A DNA stretch of 64,000 nt from an uncultured Actinomycetota bacterium (GCA_963754255.1 CAVWEW010000005.1:77020-141019), one strand, 5' to 3'; positions 49,484 to 60,190 are shown, counted from the stretch's first letter. Notes: generated from the sequence alone by a model not told the origin. Translations and numbers: made by a program.

Positions 49484-51472
49484 TCAGCCGGCAGTGGGGA
49501 CCTCGAGCGCCTCGGGATGCTCGATCTCGACGGGCTCGACGTCGTCGCCCAGTGGCAGGCCGAGCACGCGGCTGTAGAAGTACAGCTCTGCCTCCGCCGA
49601 CCGTTTGATGTTGGCCGCCTGGCGGAACCCGTGCTGCTCGCCTTCATAGGCGACATAGGCGAAGGGAACCCCCTTGGCCCGGAGCGCCTCGACCATCGTC
49701 TCGGCCTGCCGGGGCGGCACCACGGCATCCTCCAAGCCCTGGAACAGGATGATCGGCGTCTCGAGGAGGTCGGTGTGGAACGCCGGCGAGCGCTCTTCGT
49801 AGACCGCCCGGCCAGACGGCCAGGGGCCGACGAGTCCCACCGTGTAGCGGGACTCGAACTTGTGGGTGTGCTCGGCCAGGGCGCCGAGGTCGCCGACACC
49901 GAAGTAGCTGGCGCCGGCGGCAAAGACGTCCCGGAACGTCAGCGCGCACAACGTCGTGAACCCGCCGGCGCTGCCGCCGCGAATCAGCAGGCGGTTCCGG
50001 TCGACTCGACCGGAGGCCGCCAGGAACAAGGCCGCGTTCACGCAGTCGTCGAGGTCGACGACCCCCCAGAGCCCCTTCAGTCGCTCCCGGTACTCCCGTC
50101 CGTATCCGGTGCTGCCGCCGTAGTTCACCTCGACGAAGGCGAATCCGCGGCTCGTCCAGTACTGGACCTCGTACTTGAGACCCGGCAGGAAGGCGCCGGT
50201 GGGCCCGCCGTGGGAAGAGACGATGAGCGGTGGCAGCTCGCCGGGCGAAGGCTCGAAGTCCGGGTTGACGGGCGCGTAGAAGAGCGCGTGGGCGCTGAGG
50301 CCGTCTCCGGTGGGGAACTCGACCGCCTCGGCTTGTGCCAGGTAGCGAGCCTCGACCGTCGGCTCCCAGCTTGACTTCACCACCGAGACCTCACCCGAAG
50401 GGACCCCGATCTCGGCGACCGCCTCCGGCAGGAGCGAGGAGCCGGCCACGGCGACCACGGAAGCCTGGCCACGGCCGGCGGCCAGATGCGTCAAGCTGTC
50501 GAACGGCGTCTCGATGGGCTCGAACACGGCCGGCTCGGCCCGTCGCCTCAGGACGAGGTGGGAGAAGCCGTCCGACAGGTACGTCGCGACCAGGCCGCCG
50601 TCAGCAAGGAAGACGTAGGTCGAAGCGCCGAAGACCCAGTCCGGGACGGCGAATTCGGCCTCGGCGGGTGCAAGGGGGACACCACCTTCGCCGTCATCTG
50701 AATAGAGGTTCCACCAACCGGTGCGGTCCGAGACGAAGTGGAGCCGGCCGGCAGGGTCGTACCTCGGTTGTGTGACGGACTCCTCCTCACCGCCGGCCAC
50801 GAGGCGGGAGCTGAACGGGAGGCCATCTGCCCCTAGCTCGGCCTCCCACAGCTCAGTCCCGTCCCACGGCATGCGGGGGTGGTCCCAGCAGGTCCATGCC
50901 AGCCGGCGGCCGTCGCCCCTCAAGGTGGGGAACGAGTAGAAGTCGTGACCGTCGGCGACCGTACGCGGCTCGGCCTCACCGTCTCCGGCGAGCACGACCA
51001 GGTCGTTCACGACCTCCTCGGCGACCCCCGGCGCCCCGTGGCGCTCACGTATGCAGTAGAGGAACCGGCCGTTGCGGCTCATCACCGGTGCCGCGTACCG
51101 CACCGACCTCGGCGACGGGGGCTCTGGCGTGATCGGCTCGGGCAGGCCGCCCGGGAGGACGCGGTAGAGCCGCTGGTCCTCGAAGTTGGAGAAGTAGACC
51201 GTCTCGCCGTGCACGGTGTAGCACCGGCCGCCGTACTCGTGGACGAGCGTTCTCGCAGAGAGACCCGCCCCGAACACCTCCTCCTCGTCCCCGGCCGGTC
51301 TGCGCCGCATTATGACGAGCCGGCCTTTCTCCGCCGGGCGCGACTCCACCCAGTAAAGGGTGTCGCGTCTGTCGCCTGCCACCATCGGGTAGCTGAGCCG
51401 GACGGCATTCTCCGCAAGGAGATCAGCGCTTATCGGTGATTTCCACGATCCGTACCGTGACACGGTGACCAT
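49484..51472 (-). CDS. S9-family prolyl oligopeptidase/acylaminoacyl peptidase
   Basis: YGSWKSPI, HGGPT, GGSAGG (Ser), QGLEDAVV (Asp), EQHGFR (His). Confidence 0.95.
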   Translation of the reverse strand: MVTVSRYGSWKSPISADLLAENAVRLSYPMVAGDRRDTLYWVESRPAEKGRLVIMRRRPAGDEEEVFGAGLSARTLVHEYGGRCYTVHGETVYFSNFEDQRLYRVLPGGLPEPITPEPPSPRSVRYAAPVMSRNGRFLYCIRERHGAPGVAEEVVNDLVVLAGDGEAEPRTVADGHDFYSFPTLRGDGRRLAWTCWDHPRMPWDGTELWEAELGADGLPFSSRLVAGGEEESVTQPRYDPAGRLHFVSDRTGWWNLYSDDGEGGVPLAPAEAEFAVPDWVFGASTYVFLADGGLVATYLSDGFSHLVLRRRAEPAVFEPIETPFDSLTHLAAGRGQASVVAVAGSSLLPEAVAEIGVPSGEVSVVKSSWEPTVEARYLAQAEAVEFPTGDGLSAHALFYAPVNPDFEPSPGELPPLIVSSHGGPTGAFLPGLKYEVQYWTSRGFAFVEVNYGGSTGYGREYRERLKGLWGVVDLDDCVNAALFLAASGRVDRNRLLIRGGSAGGFTTLCALTFRDVFAAGASYFGVGDLGALAEHTHKFESRYTVGLVGPWPSGRAVYEERSPAFHTDLLETPIILFQGLEDAVVPPRQAETMVEALRAKGVPFAYVAYEGEQHGFRQAANIKRSAEAELYFYSRVLGLPLGDDVEPVEIEHPEALEVPTAG

Positions 51473-51499
51473 GGCTTGACGCTACGCCGATGGCCCGGC

Positions 51500-51515
51500 C
51501 CGGTCGAAAGTCCCA
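51500..51515 (+). promoter_or_regulatory. Possible DosR/DevR-like box upstream of the USP gene
   Basis: CCGGTCGAAAGTCCCA resembles GGGACTAAAGTCCC; TAGTGT -10-like box about 20 nt downstream. Confidence 0.35.
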
Positions 51516-51580
51516 GCCCGGCGGTGCCGGAGGGATAGTGTCAGTTGACTTCGGCCGGCGGAAGGAAAGGGGATCCCTAG

Positions 51581-52018
51581 ATGACAGTCGATCCGAGTTC
51601 CCAGCATGTGATAGTCGGCGTCGACGGCTCGCCGGAGGGAGGGAGGGCCCTTGCCCATGCCATCGAGGAGGCGCGCTTTCGCCACTCCAAGCTGAGCATC
51701 ATCTACGCCTTTCCTGCCCTCGTGTCGCTCTTCGGGACGACGGCTCATGAGTACTACCCCCAGCTGCAGCAGGAGGCCGAGAGGGAGCTCGCCCAGATTC
51801 TGGCCGAGGCTCCGCCGATGGACGACCTCGAGGTGACCTCTTCCGCTGTCGGCGGGAATCCGGCTGAGACCCTCGTCGAGGCGAGTCGGGCTGCCTCGAT
51901 GCTCGTCGTGGGATCCCGCGGTCGCGGCGGCTTCGCCGGCCTCGTCCTCGGCTCGGTGGCGAACCAGTGCGTGGAGCACGCGCACTGCCCCGTGCTCGTG
52001 GCCCGCGAAGACAATTGA
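51581..52018 (+). CDS. Universal stress protein
   Basis: VIVGVDGS, LVVGSRGRGGFAGLVLGSVA, HAHCPVLV. Confidence 0.95.
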   Translation: MTVDPSSQHVIVGVDGSPEGGRALAHAIEEARFRHSKLSIIYAFPALVSLFGTTAHEYYPQLQQEAERELAQILAEAPPMDDLEVTSSAVGGNPAETLVEASRAASMLVVGSRGRGGFAGLVLGSVANQCVEHAHCPVLVAREDN

Positions 52019-52111
52019 AGCTGAACCGCTGAACCGCTGAGCCGGCGAACTGGCGAGGCGCTGAGCCGCCGCTGAGCGGCCGAGGCTCCCGCGGCTGAGC
52101 CGTGTTGGCTG

Positions 52112-53307
52112 TCAGGCCCCGCTGGCGGCTGGGGCCATCAAGGCTCTCGCTCGGCCCACAGCGAGCAGCGTGGCCGCAAAGCACGCCGCCACCACGAGGT
52201 AGGGCACGACGTCGGATGTGAGCTCTGCAACGGCCCCGCTCGAGGCGGCCGCCACACCTTGGCCGCCTGCCCAGGCGAGATTGGATACGCCGAAGGCGAG
52301 GCCCTGATGGAGATGGCGCCGGTCGGCGCCATCGCTCACCATCGCCGCAGCAGGCACGAAGACCGTCCCGAAGGCCGCCAACCCCAGCACGAGCAGCACC
52401 ACGAGCACCCAGAGCGGCTGTGCCAGCGGTGCCGCCACGCTCACGACGACAGCGGCCACCACAGCTACGCGGACGGGGGCAAGGCGCCCTTTGCGATCGG
52501 CGACCCGGCCGGCCACCTGGGAGAGCCCGGCTTCGACCGCCGCCGCGCAGAAGAACGTGCCACCGATGAGCGCCGAGCCGGCCCCGAGGACGTTGAGCCG
52601 CAGCGGGGCGAGCACGTCGACGACGCCAAAGGCCATGCCGACGAGGAAGGTCAGCCACAGGCCACCGGCGAGGCGCGGCTCGCGCAGGGCGGCGAGGGCG
52701 CTCCGCAGCGACTGTGGCGCGCCGCCGAGCGGCTTGCCGAGCGTGAGGCAAGCCGCCATCAGGCAGATGCCGAACACGGCAGCGGCGGCGAAGGTCGGCC
52801 CGGTGCCGACCGCGCTCGCCAGGGTGCCCACAAGTGGGCCGAGCATCGCCCCGACAATCGCCGCCCCGATGGCGACGCCAAGAGCCGAGCCGCGCCGCTC
52901 GGGCGAGGCGGCCGAAGCCAGCCACGCCAGCCCACCTGACCACGAGCACGCTCCGCCGAGGCCCTGGACGAAGCGGAACGCCTCGAGGACGTGGGGGAGC
53001 TCGACACCCCGAACGCCAGCGTCGAGACGCTCATGAGCGCCAGCCCGAACAGCACCGCCGGGCGAACCCCGAGACGAGTGGCCAGAAGGCCGCCGGGAAG
53101 AGCGCCGAGAAACGTCCCGATGGGATAAGCCGCCACGAGCAGCCCGGCAGACGCTTTGGAGAGCCCGAGGTGGCGCACGTAATGAGGGAGCAGCGGTGTG
53201 AGGGCGGTGTAGAAGACCGTGTCCACGAGGACCACAGCGCTCACGACGACCAGGGGGCCAAGCAACTCCCGTCGCGGGGCGCTTCGGCGGCGGTTCTTCT
53301 GGCGCAC
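52112..53307 (-). CDS. MFS transporter (frameshift near 52995)
   Basis: [24 protein letters not shown] in one frame; [21 protein letters not shown] in the next; CATACT 6 nt before GTG. Confidence 0.88.
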
Positions 53308-53465
53308 GGAGCCAGTATGGCGGGCAACACAGGACGTTGACGCAGGCGTGCCCGGCGTGGCGCTGCCGCACAGGCGGTGATCCCGCCCCCTCGTCATGGA
53401 CAGTTTGGGGCGGGCCCCGGGACCGCGATACGAGCATCGACGCCAGCCCGGCTAGCTAAGTCACA

Positions 53466-53490
53466 GTTTGTCGGGACCCGGATCAGGGCA
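53466..53490 (+). promoter_or_regulatory. Possible SigF/SigB-type promoter
   Basis: GTTT-N16-GGGCA upstream of an acidic disordered protein. Confidence 0.45.
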
Positions 53491-53523
53491 GTCTTAAGTG
53501 GGGGCCGAGAGGAGCCGGAGGCC

Positions 53524-54012
53524 ATGGAAGAGTCTGAAGCTCGCGATCCGCAGGGCACCTTCCGCGAAGCTCAGGGCGGCGGTCGCTCCGACCGCGGCCC
53601 CAACCCCGACCCTGGCGGTGAGGTAGTACCCGGCGGTCTCGTCCCGCCGTACGCGGACCGCTCCAGCGGTCAAGGCAGCTCCGAATCGTCGGAGGCGCTG
53701 ACCGAGTCGGTCAAGTCTCAGCTGTCCGAGACGGTCGCGGGTAACCATGGTGCAACTGCCAGTCCGGCCGTGGAGAGCCCGGTCGATCCGAGCGAGGTCA
53801 GCCACGAAGTGCCCGAGTCTCCTCTCGGGGTCGGGGAGAGCACCACCCGCCGGGGAGAGGACGTGGCCGAGCAGGACGGCAAGGAGGCGGGTCGCAGCGA
53901 CCACGGGACGGAGCACGAAGCGGGCCGTCCCGCCGGCGGCTCCGACTCCCGGGATGCCTCCGGCGCAGCTCCCAACTCGGGTGCAACCGACAGCCCGCCT
54001 CAGGGTGGCTAA
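53524..54012 (+). CDS. Acidic, Gly/Ser/Glu-rich disordered (hydrophilin-like) hypothetical protein
   Basis: GGAGG RBS; very few aromatics; short ordered-looking motifs PPYADR and PLGVGESTTRRGED. Confidence 0.7.
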   Translation: MEESEARDPQGTFREAQGGGRSDRGPNPDPGGEVVPGGLVPPYADRSSGQGSSESSEALTESVKSQLSETVAGNHGATASPAVESPVDPSEVSHEVPESPLGVGESTTRRGEDVAEQDGKEAGRSDHGTEHEAGRPAGGSDSRDASGAAPNSGATDSPPQGG

Positions 54013-54110
54013 GGCCAATAGCCATTGAACAGGAGCGCGTTCGGCACGAAAGACCGAGCTGAACACGCTCACACTTCATCGGCGGCGACACCGGAGAACC
54101 TCGAGCAGTA

Positions 54111-55317
54111 ATGGCCTTCGACGTGGCATCTGTCCGGGCGAGGTTTCCGGCGCTCAGTGGCGGCTGGGCCTACCTTGACGGTGCCGCCGGCACGCAGGTG
54201 CCGGCGGTTGTCATCGATGCGATCGCCGATGCCTACCGGGGTGGTCTCGGCAACACGGGGGGCGCCTTCCCGGCGAGCGCCAGGTCGGACGCGATCGTTC
54301 TCGAGTGCCGTCAAGCAGTGGCCGACCTCGTCGGCGGAGAGCCGGGCGGAGTCGTGCTCGGCCCGAACATGACCACGCTCACCTACAGGTTCTCCTCGAC
54401 ATTGGCCAGGCGGTGGGCGGCCGGCGACGAGATCGTCGTCACACGCCTCGATCACGACGCCAATGTCCGGCCGTGGATCCAAGCCGCCGAGCGGGCCGGT
54501 GCCGTGGTTCGATGGGCGGAGGTCGACACCGAGACCGGAGAGCTGCCTCTCGACCAGTTCGATGACCTGATCGGGGAGCGTACGCGCCTCGTCGCGCTCA
54601 CGGCGGCGAGCAACCTGATCGGGACGCGGCCGGACGTCGCCGGCATCACCGCCAGGGCCCATGCCGCCGGGGCGTGGGCCTACGTCGACGGCGTTCACGC
54701 CACGCCCCACGGGCCGGTCGACGTCACCAGTCTCGGCGCCGACTTCTACGCCACGAGCTGCTACAAGTGGGCGGGTCCGCACATCGGTGCCGTCATCGCC
54801 GTCCCCCCAGCTGCTGGAGATGCTGTGGCCCGACAAGCTGGCGCCGTCCAGCGACGAGGTGCCGGACCGATTCGAGTGGGGTACGAGCCCGTTCGCCGAC
54901 CTCGCCGGCGTGGTGGCCGCCGTCGACCACTTAGCTTCCCTGGATCCCGACGCCCAAGGCTCACGTCGCGAGCGGGTGCTCGCCTCGATGTCAGCCTCCG
55001 AGCGACACGAGCAGCAACTGTTCCGGTCACTGCTCGACGGCCTCAGCCGGAGGGGGGATGTGACCATTTACGGCGCCGCAAGCGATCGCACCGCCACGGC
55101 CTACTTCAACCTGGCCGGCCACACGCCCCGGGCGGTGGCAGAGCACCTCGCGGAGAGGCGCGTGAACGTGTGGGACGGCGACAACTACGCATACGAGCTG
55201 ACCCGGGCATTCGGTATCGCCGAGACGGGAAGCGCTGTCCGGGCGGGCTTCGTCCATTACAACGATCAATCCGACGTGGACCGGCTGCTCGCCGGCCTCG
55301 AGGAGCTGGGATCCTGA
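54111..55317 (+). CDS. Cysteine desulfurase-like class V aminotransferase (TIGR01976-like), frameshift near 54805
   Basis: YLDGAAGTQVP, LDHDANVRPW, YVDGVH, SCYKWAGPH, then FEWGT and VRAGFVHYN in the next frame (C-run at 54803-54808). Confidence 0.9.
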
Positions 55318-55529
55318 CCGAGGTCGGGTGAGGCGGGGAGCCACCGCGCCGTCACAGCCGACCCGAACACCGGATTCACCGCGATGCCATGGCGGCCCGC
55401 TCGCCGGGACAACCCGTTTGCTTGGCGGGCGCCGGTGACCCTCGGCTTTGTGCAGCCCGCCTGCCGGGACTTATGATGCGGGCAGACCCGGGCTGTGGCC
55501 GGGTATCACTCTGTCGAGGGGGAGGGCCA

Positions 55530-57026
55530 ATGTCGTATCTGGGCTCGCACGCGTGGTTGTCAAGGTTGGCGGCATGCCTCGGGCTCATGGCAGTGATGCT
55601 CTCGGTCCAGGCCGGATCGGCAGCTGCGACGCCGGCGGGCGGGGCACCGGCGCGAGCGGCGGGTGCGGCGAACTCGTCCAACCTCGACTGGTCCCAGTAT
55701 CTGCACGGTCCACAGCACAGCTCCGTCGGCCAGGCGACGGCGTTCACGCCCTCCAACTCCTCTTCGCCGACCGAGGTCTGGCATTGGCAGCCGCCCGTGA
55801 TCTCGGGCAAACCGGCCGCCTATCTCGAGGCCAGCCCGACCGTTGTGGCCGGGACCGTGTACATCGGGTCCGGGAGCGGAGGCTTCTATGCCCTGAGCGA
55901 GGGCACGGGCGCCCTTGTGTGGGGCCGGCAGCTCGACACGGGCCCGAACACGGCATGCCTCGGGCGGGGCATCGTCTCCACCGCTGCCGTCGTGCCGGAT
56001 CCGGTAACCGGCACGAGCACCGTCTATGTGTCCGGCGCCCGCTTCCTCTACGCCCTCAATGCCTCGACCGGCGCTCAGGTTTGGAAGACCGAGATCGGGC
56101 CGGCGAACGGCACCAACTACTACAACTGGTCATCGCCGACGGTGGTGGGCGGCCACATCTACGTCGGGCTCTCATCGAGATGTGACAGGCCCCTCATCCG
56201 CGGTGGGGTCGTCGAGCTCGACCAGCACACCGGCCAGGTGCTGCACACCTGGTACACGGTGCCGCGCGGGTCGATCGGGGGCAGCATCTGGTCGAGCATC
56301 GCCACTTCGACAAGCGGCAGCGACCTCTGGGTGTCCACCGGCAACGAGTGCGACCCCACGATCAACACCTGCCCGAAAGGCAACCAGATCGGCAACTCCC
56401 TCTCCATCGTGCACCTGTCCTCGTCGCTCAAGTTGCTGCAGGCCTGGCAGGCTCCGGGAACCGCCGGCGGCGGCCACGACTTCGACTTCGGCTCCTCCCC
56501 CACCCTGTTCGGCGGGAGCGGCACACCCCCCGACGTCGGTGCCTGCAACAAGAACGGGAAGTACTACGGGCTCACCGACAACCCGGTCGGCACCTCACCG
56601 CTGTGGACGGACCAGATCGGCACACCGGCGGCTGGTGGCCTCAGCGCCTGCCTGGCCAGCTCGGTTTGGGACGGGACGACCGGAGCCCTGTACGTGAGCG
56701 GCAACGCCACCACCATCAACAGCACGAATTACGGGGGATCGATCCGGCAGGTCGATCCGAGCACCGGCTCCTACATCTGGCAGACAGGGCTCCCCTGCGC
56801 CGTGATGGGCACGCCCAGCCTCGACAGTTCCGGCGTGCTCGCCGCCGGCACCTACAGTTGCCCGAACTCCGCCACTGCGGGGGCGTACCTGCTGAACGCC
56901 TCCACCGGGGCCATCATCGCCACTCTGCCGGTTGCCTCGAATCGGGTCTTCTCCCAGCCGGTCTTTGCCCAGGGCAGCCTGTTCGTCGCCACGGAGAGCG
57001 GCGGACTGTACGACTTCGCCCCATAG
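55530..57026 (+). CDS. Secreted PQQ-like beta-propeller repeat protein
   Basis: GGAGG RBS; signal peptide; repeated SPTVV..VYIG..YAL...TG..VW blades; DFDFGSSP. Confidence 0.85.
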   Translation: MSYLGSHAWLSRLAACLGLMAVMLSVQAGSAAATPAGGAPARAAGAANSSNLDWSQYLHGPQHSSVGQATAFTPSNSSSPTEVWHWQPPVISGKPAAYLEASPTVVAGTVYIGSGSGGFYALSEGTGALVWGRQLDTGPNTACLGRGIVSTAAVVPDPVTGTSTVYVSGARFLYALNASTGAQVWKTEIGPANGTNYYNWSSPTVVGGHIYVGLSSRCDRPLIRGGVVELDQHTGQVLHTWYTVPRGSIGGSIWSSIATSTSGSDLWVSTGNECDPTINTCPKGNQIGNSLSIVHLSSSLKLLQAWQAPGTAGGGHDFDFGSSPTLFGGSGTPPDVGACNKNGKYYGLTDNPVGTSPLWTDQIGTPAAGGLSACLASSVWDGTTGALYVSGNATTINSTNYGGSIRQVDPSTGSYIWQTGLPCAVMGTPSLDSSGVLAAGTYSCPNSATAGAYLLNASTGAIIATLPVASNRVFSQPVFAQGSLFVATESGGLYDFAP

Positions 57027-57068
57027 GTGTGAACGGCCGGCAGGCCGTTTCACGCAACACTGAAGGTC

Positions 57069-58760
57069 ATGGCACCCCAGTTCATCTTCACCATGAGGGA
57101 CCTTCGGCGCTTCCACCCGCCTGATCGGGAGGTGCTGCGCGGCATCAACCTCTCCTTCTACCCGGGGGCCAAGATCGGCGTGATCGGTGCCAACGGCTCC
57201 GGCAAGTCGTCGCTGTTGCGAATCATGGCCGGCGAGGACGACGGCTTCAGCGGAGAAGCCCGTCTCACGCCCGGGTTCACGGTCGGGTTTCTCCCCCAGG
57301 AGCCGGTGCTCGATCCGGAAAAGGACGTGCTCGGCAACGTCGCTGACGGCGTGGCGGAGACTCAGGCTCTGCTCAGTCGTTTCAACGACGTCTGCGCGGC
57401 CATGGGTGAGCCGGATGCCGACTTCGACAAGCTGCTCGCCGAGCAGGCTGAGCTGCAGGATCACATCGAAGCCGTCGGCGGCTGGGACCTCGAGCGGACC
57501 TTCGAGATCGCCATGGACGCCCTGCGGCTACCGCCGGGGGACTCGAGCGTCACCACCCTCTCGGGTGGGGAACGCCGGCGGGTGGCTCTCTGCCGCCTCC
57601 TGCTCTCCCATCCGGACCTCCTCCTGCTCGACGAGCCCACGAACCACCTCGACGCCGAGTCTGTGGCCTGGCTGGAGCGAACCCTGCAGGACTACCCAGG
57701 CACGGTCGTGGCCGTCACCCACGACAGGTACTTCCTCGACAACGTGGCCGAGTGGATCCTCGAGCTCGACCGGGGTGCCGGCATCCCCTGGCACGGCAAT
57801 TACTCCTCGTGGCTGGAGCAGAAACAGGCCCGGTTGGCCGCGGAGGAGAAGACAGACCGCTCGCGCCAGGAGGCCCTGCAGCGTGAGCTCGAATGGATCA
57901 GGATGTCGCCCCGGGCCCGCCAGGCCAAGGGAAAGGCCCGCGTCAACGCCTACAACGACCTCGTGGCCGCGGCAGAAGCCACGGAGCGTCGGCTCGATGG
58001 CCCCGAGATCACCATCCCGCCCGGCCCGCGGCTCGGAGATCGTGTCGTCGAGGCTGCAGGCCTCGTGAAGGGCTTCGGAGACCGGCTGTTGATCGACGGC
58101 CTGTCGTTTCTCCTCCCGCCCGGAGGCATCGTCGGTGTCATCGGGCCGAACGGAGCAGGCAAGACGACGCTGTTCCGGATGATCGTGGGCGCTGACAAGC
58201 CGGACGAGGGTCAGCTGGACCTCGGGAGCACTGTCGTGCTCGCCTACGTCGACCAATCGCGAGACGATCTTGAACCCGAGGCCACCGTCTACGAGGAGAT
58301 CACGGGAGGCGTCGACCACCTCGTCGTCGGCGGCCGCGAGCTGCACGGGCGGGCGTTCGTGTCGAGCCTCGGGTTCCGCGGCAGCGACCAGCAGAAGAAG
58401 GTGGGCCAGCTCTCCGGCGGAGAGCGCAACCGCGTCCAGCTGGCCAAGATCCTGAAGAGCGGGGCCAACGTCCTTCTCCTCGATGAGCCGACGAACGACC
58501 TCGACGTCGACACGCTCCGGGCACTCGAGGACGCCCTCCTCGGCTTTCCCGGATGCGCGGTGGTGATCAGTCACGATCGGTGGTTCCTCGACCGGATCGC
58601 CACCCACGTGCTGGCCTTCGAGGGGGACTCGGAGGTCCGCTGGTGGGAGGGTAACTTCAGCGACTACGAGGCCGACAGGAAGAGGCGGCTCGGCGCCGAC
58701 GCCGATCAGCCGCATCGTCTCCGGTACAAGCCTCTCTTGAAAGGAGGAGCAGCACGGTGA
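57069..58760 (+). CDS. ettA: Energy-dependent translational throttle ABC-F protein
   Basis: LSFYPGAKIGVIGANGSGKS, ELEWIRMSPRARQAKGKAR, two ABC domains, PHRLRYKPL tail. Confidence 0.96.
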   Translation: MAPQFIFTMRDLRRFHPPDREVLRGINLSFYPGAKIGVIGANGSGKSSLLRIMAGEDDGFSGEARLTPGFTVGFLPQEPVLDPEKDVLGNVADGVAETQALLSRFNDVCAAMGEPDADFDKLLAEQAELQDHIEAVGGWDLERTFEIAMDALRLPPGDSSVTTLSGGERRRVALCRLLLSHPDLLLLDEPTNHLDAESVAWLERTLQDYPGTVVAVTHDRYFLDNVAEWILELDRGAGIPWHGNYSSWLEQKQARLAAEEKTDRSRQEALQRELEWIRMSPRARQAKGKARVNAYNDLVAAAEATERRLDGPEITIPPGPRLGDRVVEAAGLVKGFGDRLLIDGLSFLLPPGGIVGVIGPNGAGKTTLFRMIVGADKPDEGQLDLGSTVVLAYVDQSRDDLEPEATVYEEITGGVDHLVVGGRELHGRAFVSSLGFRGSDQQKKVGQLSGGERNRVQLAKILKSGANVLLLDEPTNDLDVDTLRALEDALLGFPGCAVVISHDRWFLDRIATHVLAFEGDSEVRWWEGNFSDYEADRKRRLGADADQPHRLRYKPLLKGGAAR

Positions 58761-59128
58761 GCCTTCGAATGCAGTGCATCTGCATCGACGCCCAGAACCC
58801 GGCGTCTCTGGCGAGCTTCTGGGAGGCGGTACTCGGGTGGCGGCGGACCGAGGAGGACCCCGACGAGATCGTGCTCGAGCCGCCGGCGGGCAGTGCGGAG
58901 GACGGAATAGTGCCCGACCTCTTGTTTCTCAGGGTCCCCGAGGAAAAGAGCGGGAAGAACCGCCTCCACATCGACCTGCGCCCGGACGACCAGCGCGCCG
59001 AGGTGGAGCGCCTGGAGGAGCTCGGAGCCGTGCGGGTGGACGTGGGCCAGACGGCAGAGGCGACCTGGATCGTGCTCGCCGACCCGGAGGGCAACGAGTT
59101 CTGTGTTCTCAGCGCGCTGACCTCCTGA
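58757..59128 (+). CDS. VOC family protein (glyoxalase-like)
   Basis: LASFWEAVLGW, KNRLHIDL, LADPEGNEFCV; GTGA overlap. Confidence 0.92.
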   Translation: MSLRMQCICIDAQNPASLASFWEAVLGWRRTEEDPDEIVLEPPAGSAEDGIVPDLLFLRVPEEKSGKNRLHIDLRPDDQRAEVERLEELGAVRVDVGQTAEATWIVLADPEGNEFCVLSALTS

Positions 59129-59190
59129 GCGGGCGGGGGCGCCGTCTCGGCACTCGTCGGGTGGTAGAGGCCCCTCCTCGCTCACGGCGT

Positions 59191-59814
59191 CTAAAAGGTG
59201 GCGCGGGCGACGAGCCAGGTGAAGGGCTGCAGCACGCCCGCCGGAGTCGTGTGCTCCTCCCGGACGGACGCCTTCATGGCAAAGCCGCTGCCGAGAGCGG
59301 CGAGGAGGTCCGCGGGCGAGTACCTCGCCACGGGGAGACCGGAGCAGCGCCTTGGGCCGTCCGGGGCGAAGGTGGCCAATATCAGGTGCCCGCCGGGCGC
59401 GACGGCCTTGCGAACCGCCCGCAGGTAGTCCTGGCGCTCGGTCGGAGCGATGAGGAAGTGGAAGACGGCCCGGTCGTGCCAGAGGTCGTACCGGCGTGCC
59501 GGCCGCCAGGAGAGGACGTCCCCCGGCTCCCAGGTGACCGCCGGGTTGCCCTCGAGTCGCCGGCGCGCCACGTCGAGGCCGGCAGCCGAGACGTCGAGGA
59601 CGGTGACGTCGGAAAAGCCTTTGGCGAGGAGACGGTCGACGAACAACGACGACCCTCCGCCCACATCGATCACCGCAGCGTCCCGGGGGACGCCCACACG
59701 CTCCACGAGCTCGAGCGACATGCGCGGGTCGGACTGGTACCAGCTCACCGCCTCGGGACCGAGCCTCGTGTAGGTGTCATCCCAGTGCTTGGTACGCCGA
59801 GCGGCCTCGCCCAT
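59191..59814 (-). CDS. Class I SAM-dependent methyltransferase
   Basis: HWDDTY, VSWYQ, IDVGGG, WHDRAVFHFL, GPRRCSGL; start could extend to 59898. Confidence 0.9.
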   Translation of the reverse strand: MGEAARRTKHWDDTYTRLGPEAVSWYQSDPRMSLELVERVGVPRDAAVIDVGGGSSLFVDRLLAKGFSDVTVLDVSAAGLDVARRRLEGNPAVTWEPGDVLSWRPARRYDLWHDRAVFHFLIAPTERQDYLRAVRKAVAPGGHLILATFAPDGPRRCSGLPVARYSPADLLAALGSGFAMKASVREEHTTPAGVLQPFTWLVARATF

Positions 59815-60190
59815 CCGGCTGTCAGCCTCGTGAGCACCCTCCGGGCCGGTCGGCCTGGTCAAGCGGCCACTGTACCGGTCCGAGGGCGAAGAGCTCATGA
59901 GTAGTCGTCCACCGCAAGAGCCGCTCTGTCACCCCTGCTGCCCCGGAAGGGCAAACGCCGCCGGGGCAGGTGACACCGGCCGTACCCGGGCTGGTCTCGA
60001 TAAACGGCGGCTCGCCTGAAGCCACGCCCGGCTAAAGAGCGAAGAGGTCAATCCCATTAAGCTCGGCGGGACATGACTCAGCCGTAGCCCAAAGAGCCGG
60101 GACGGCCACCGGAGCCGCCGCGTTGCGCGCCACCCCAGGGTGTGCAGCTACGGGTTGAGCGGGTTGCCGTGATAGGGAGAGGACCGACTG

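Noticed and set aside
59938-60168. c-di-GMP-I riboswitch, SRP RNA, SAM riboswitch or canonical guanidine-III riboswitch
   Set aside because: Only fragments match (GGCAAA, CCGGAAGG, CGGCAACC, GCCGTACCCGG); required partner motifs and spacing are missing.
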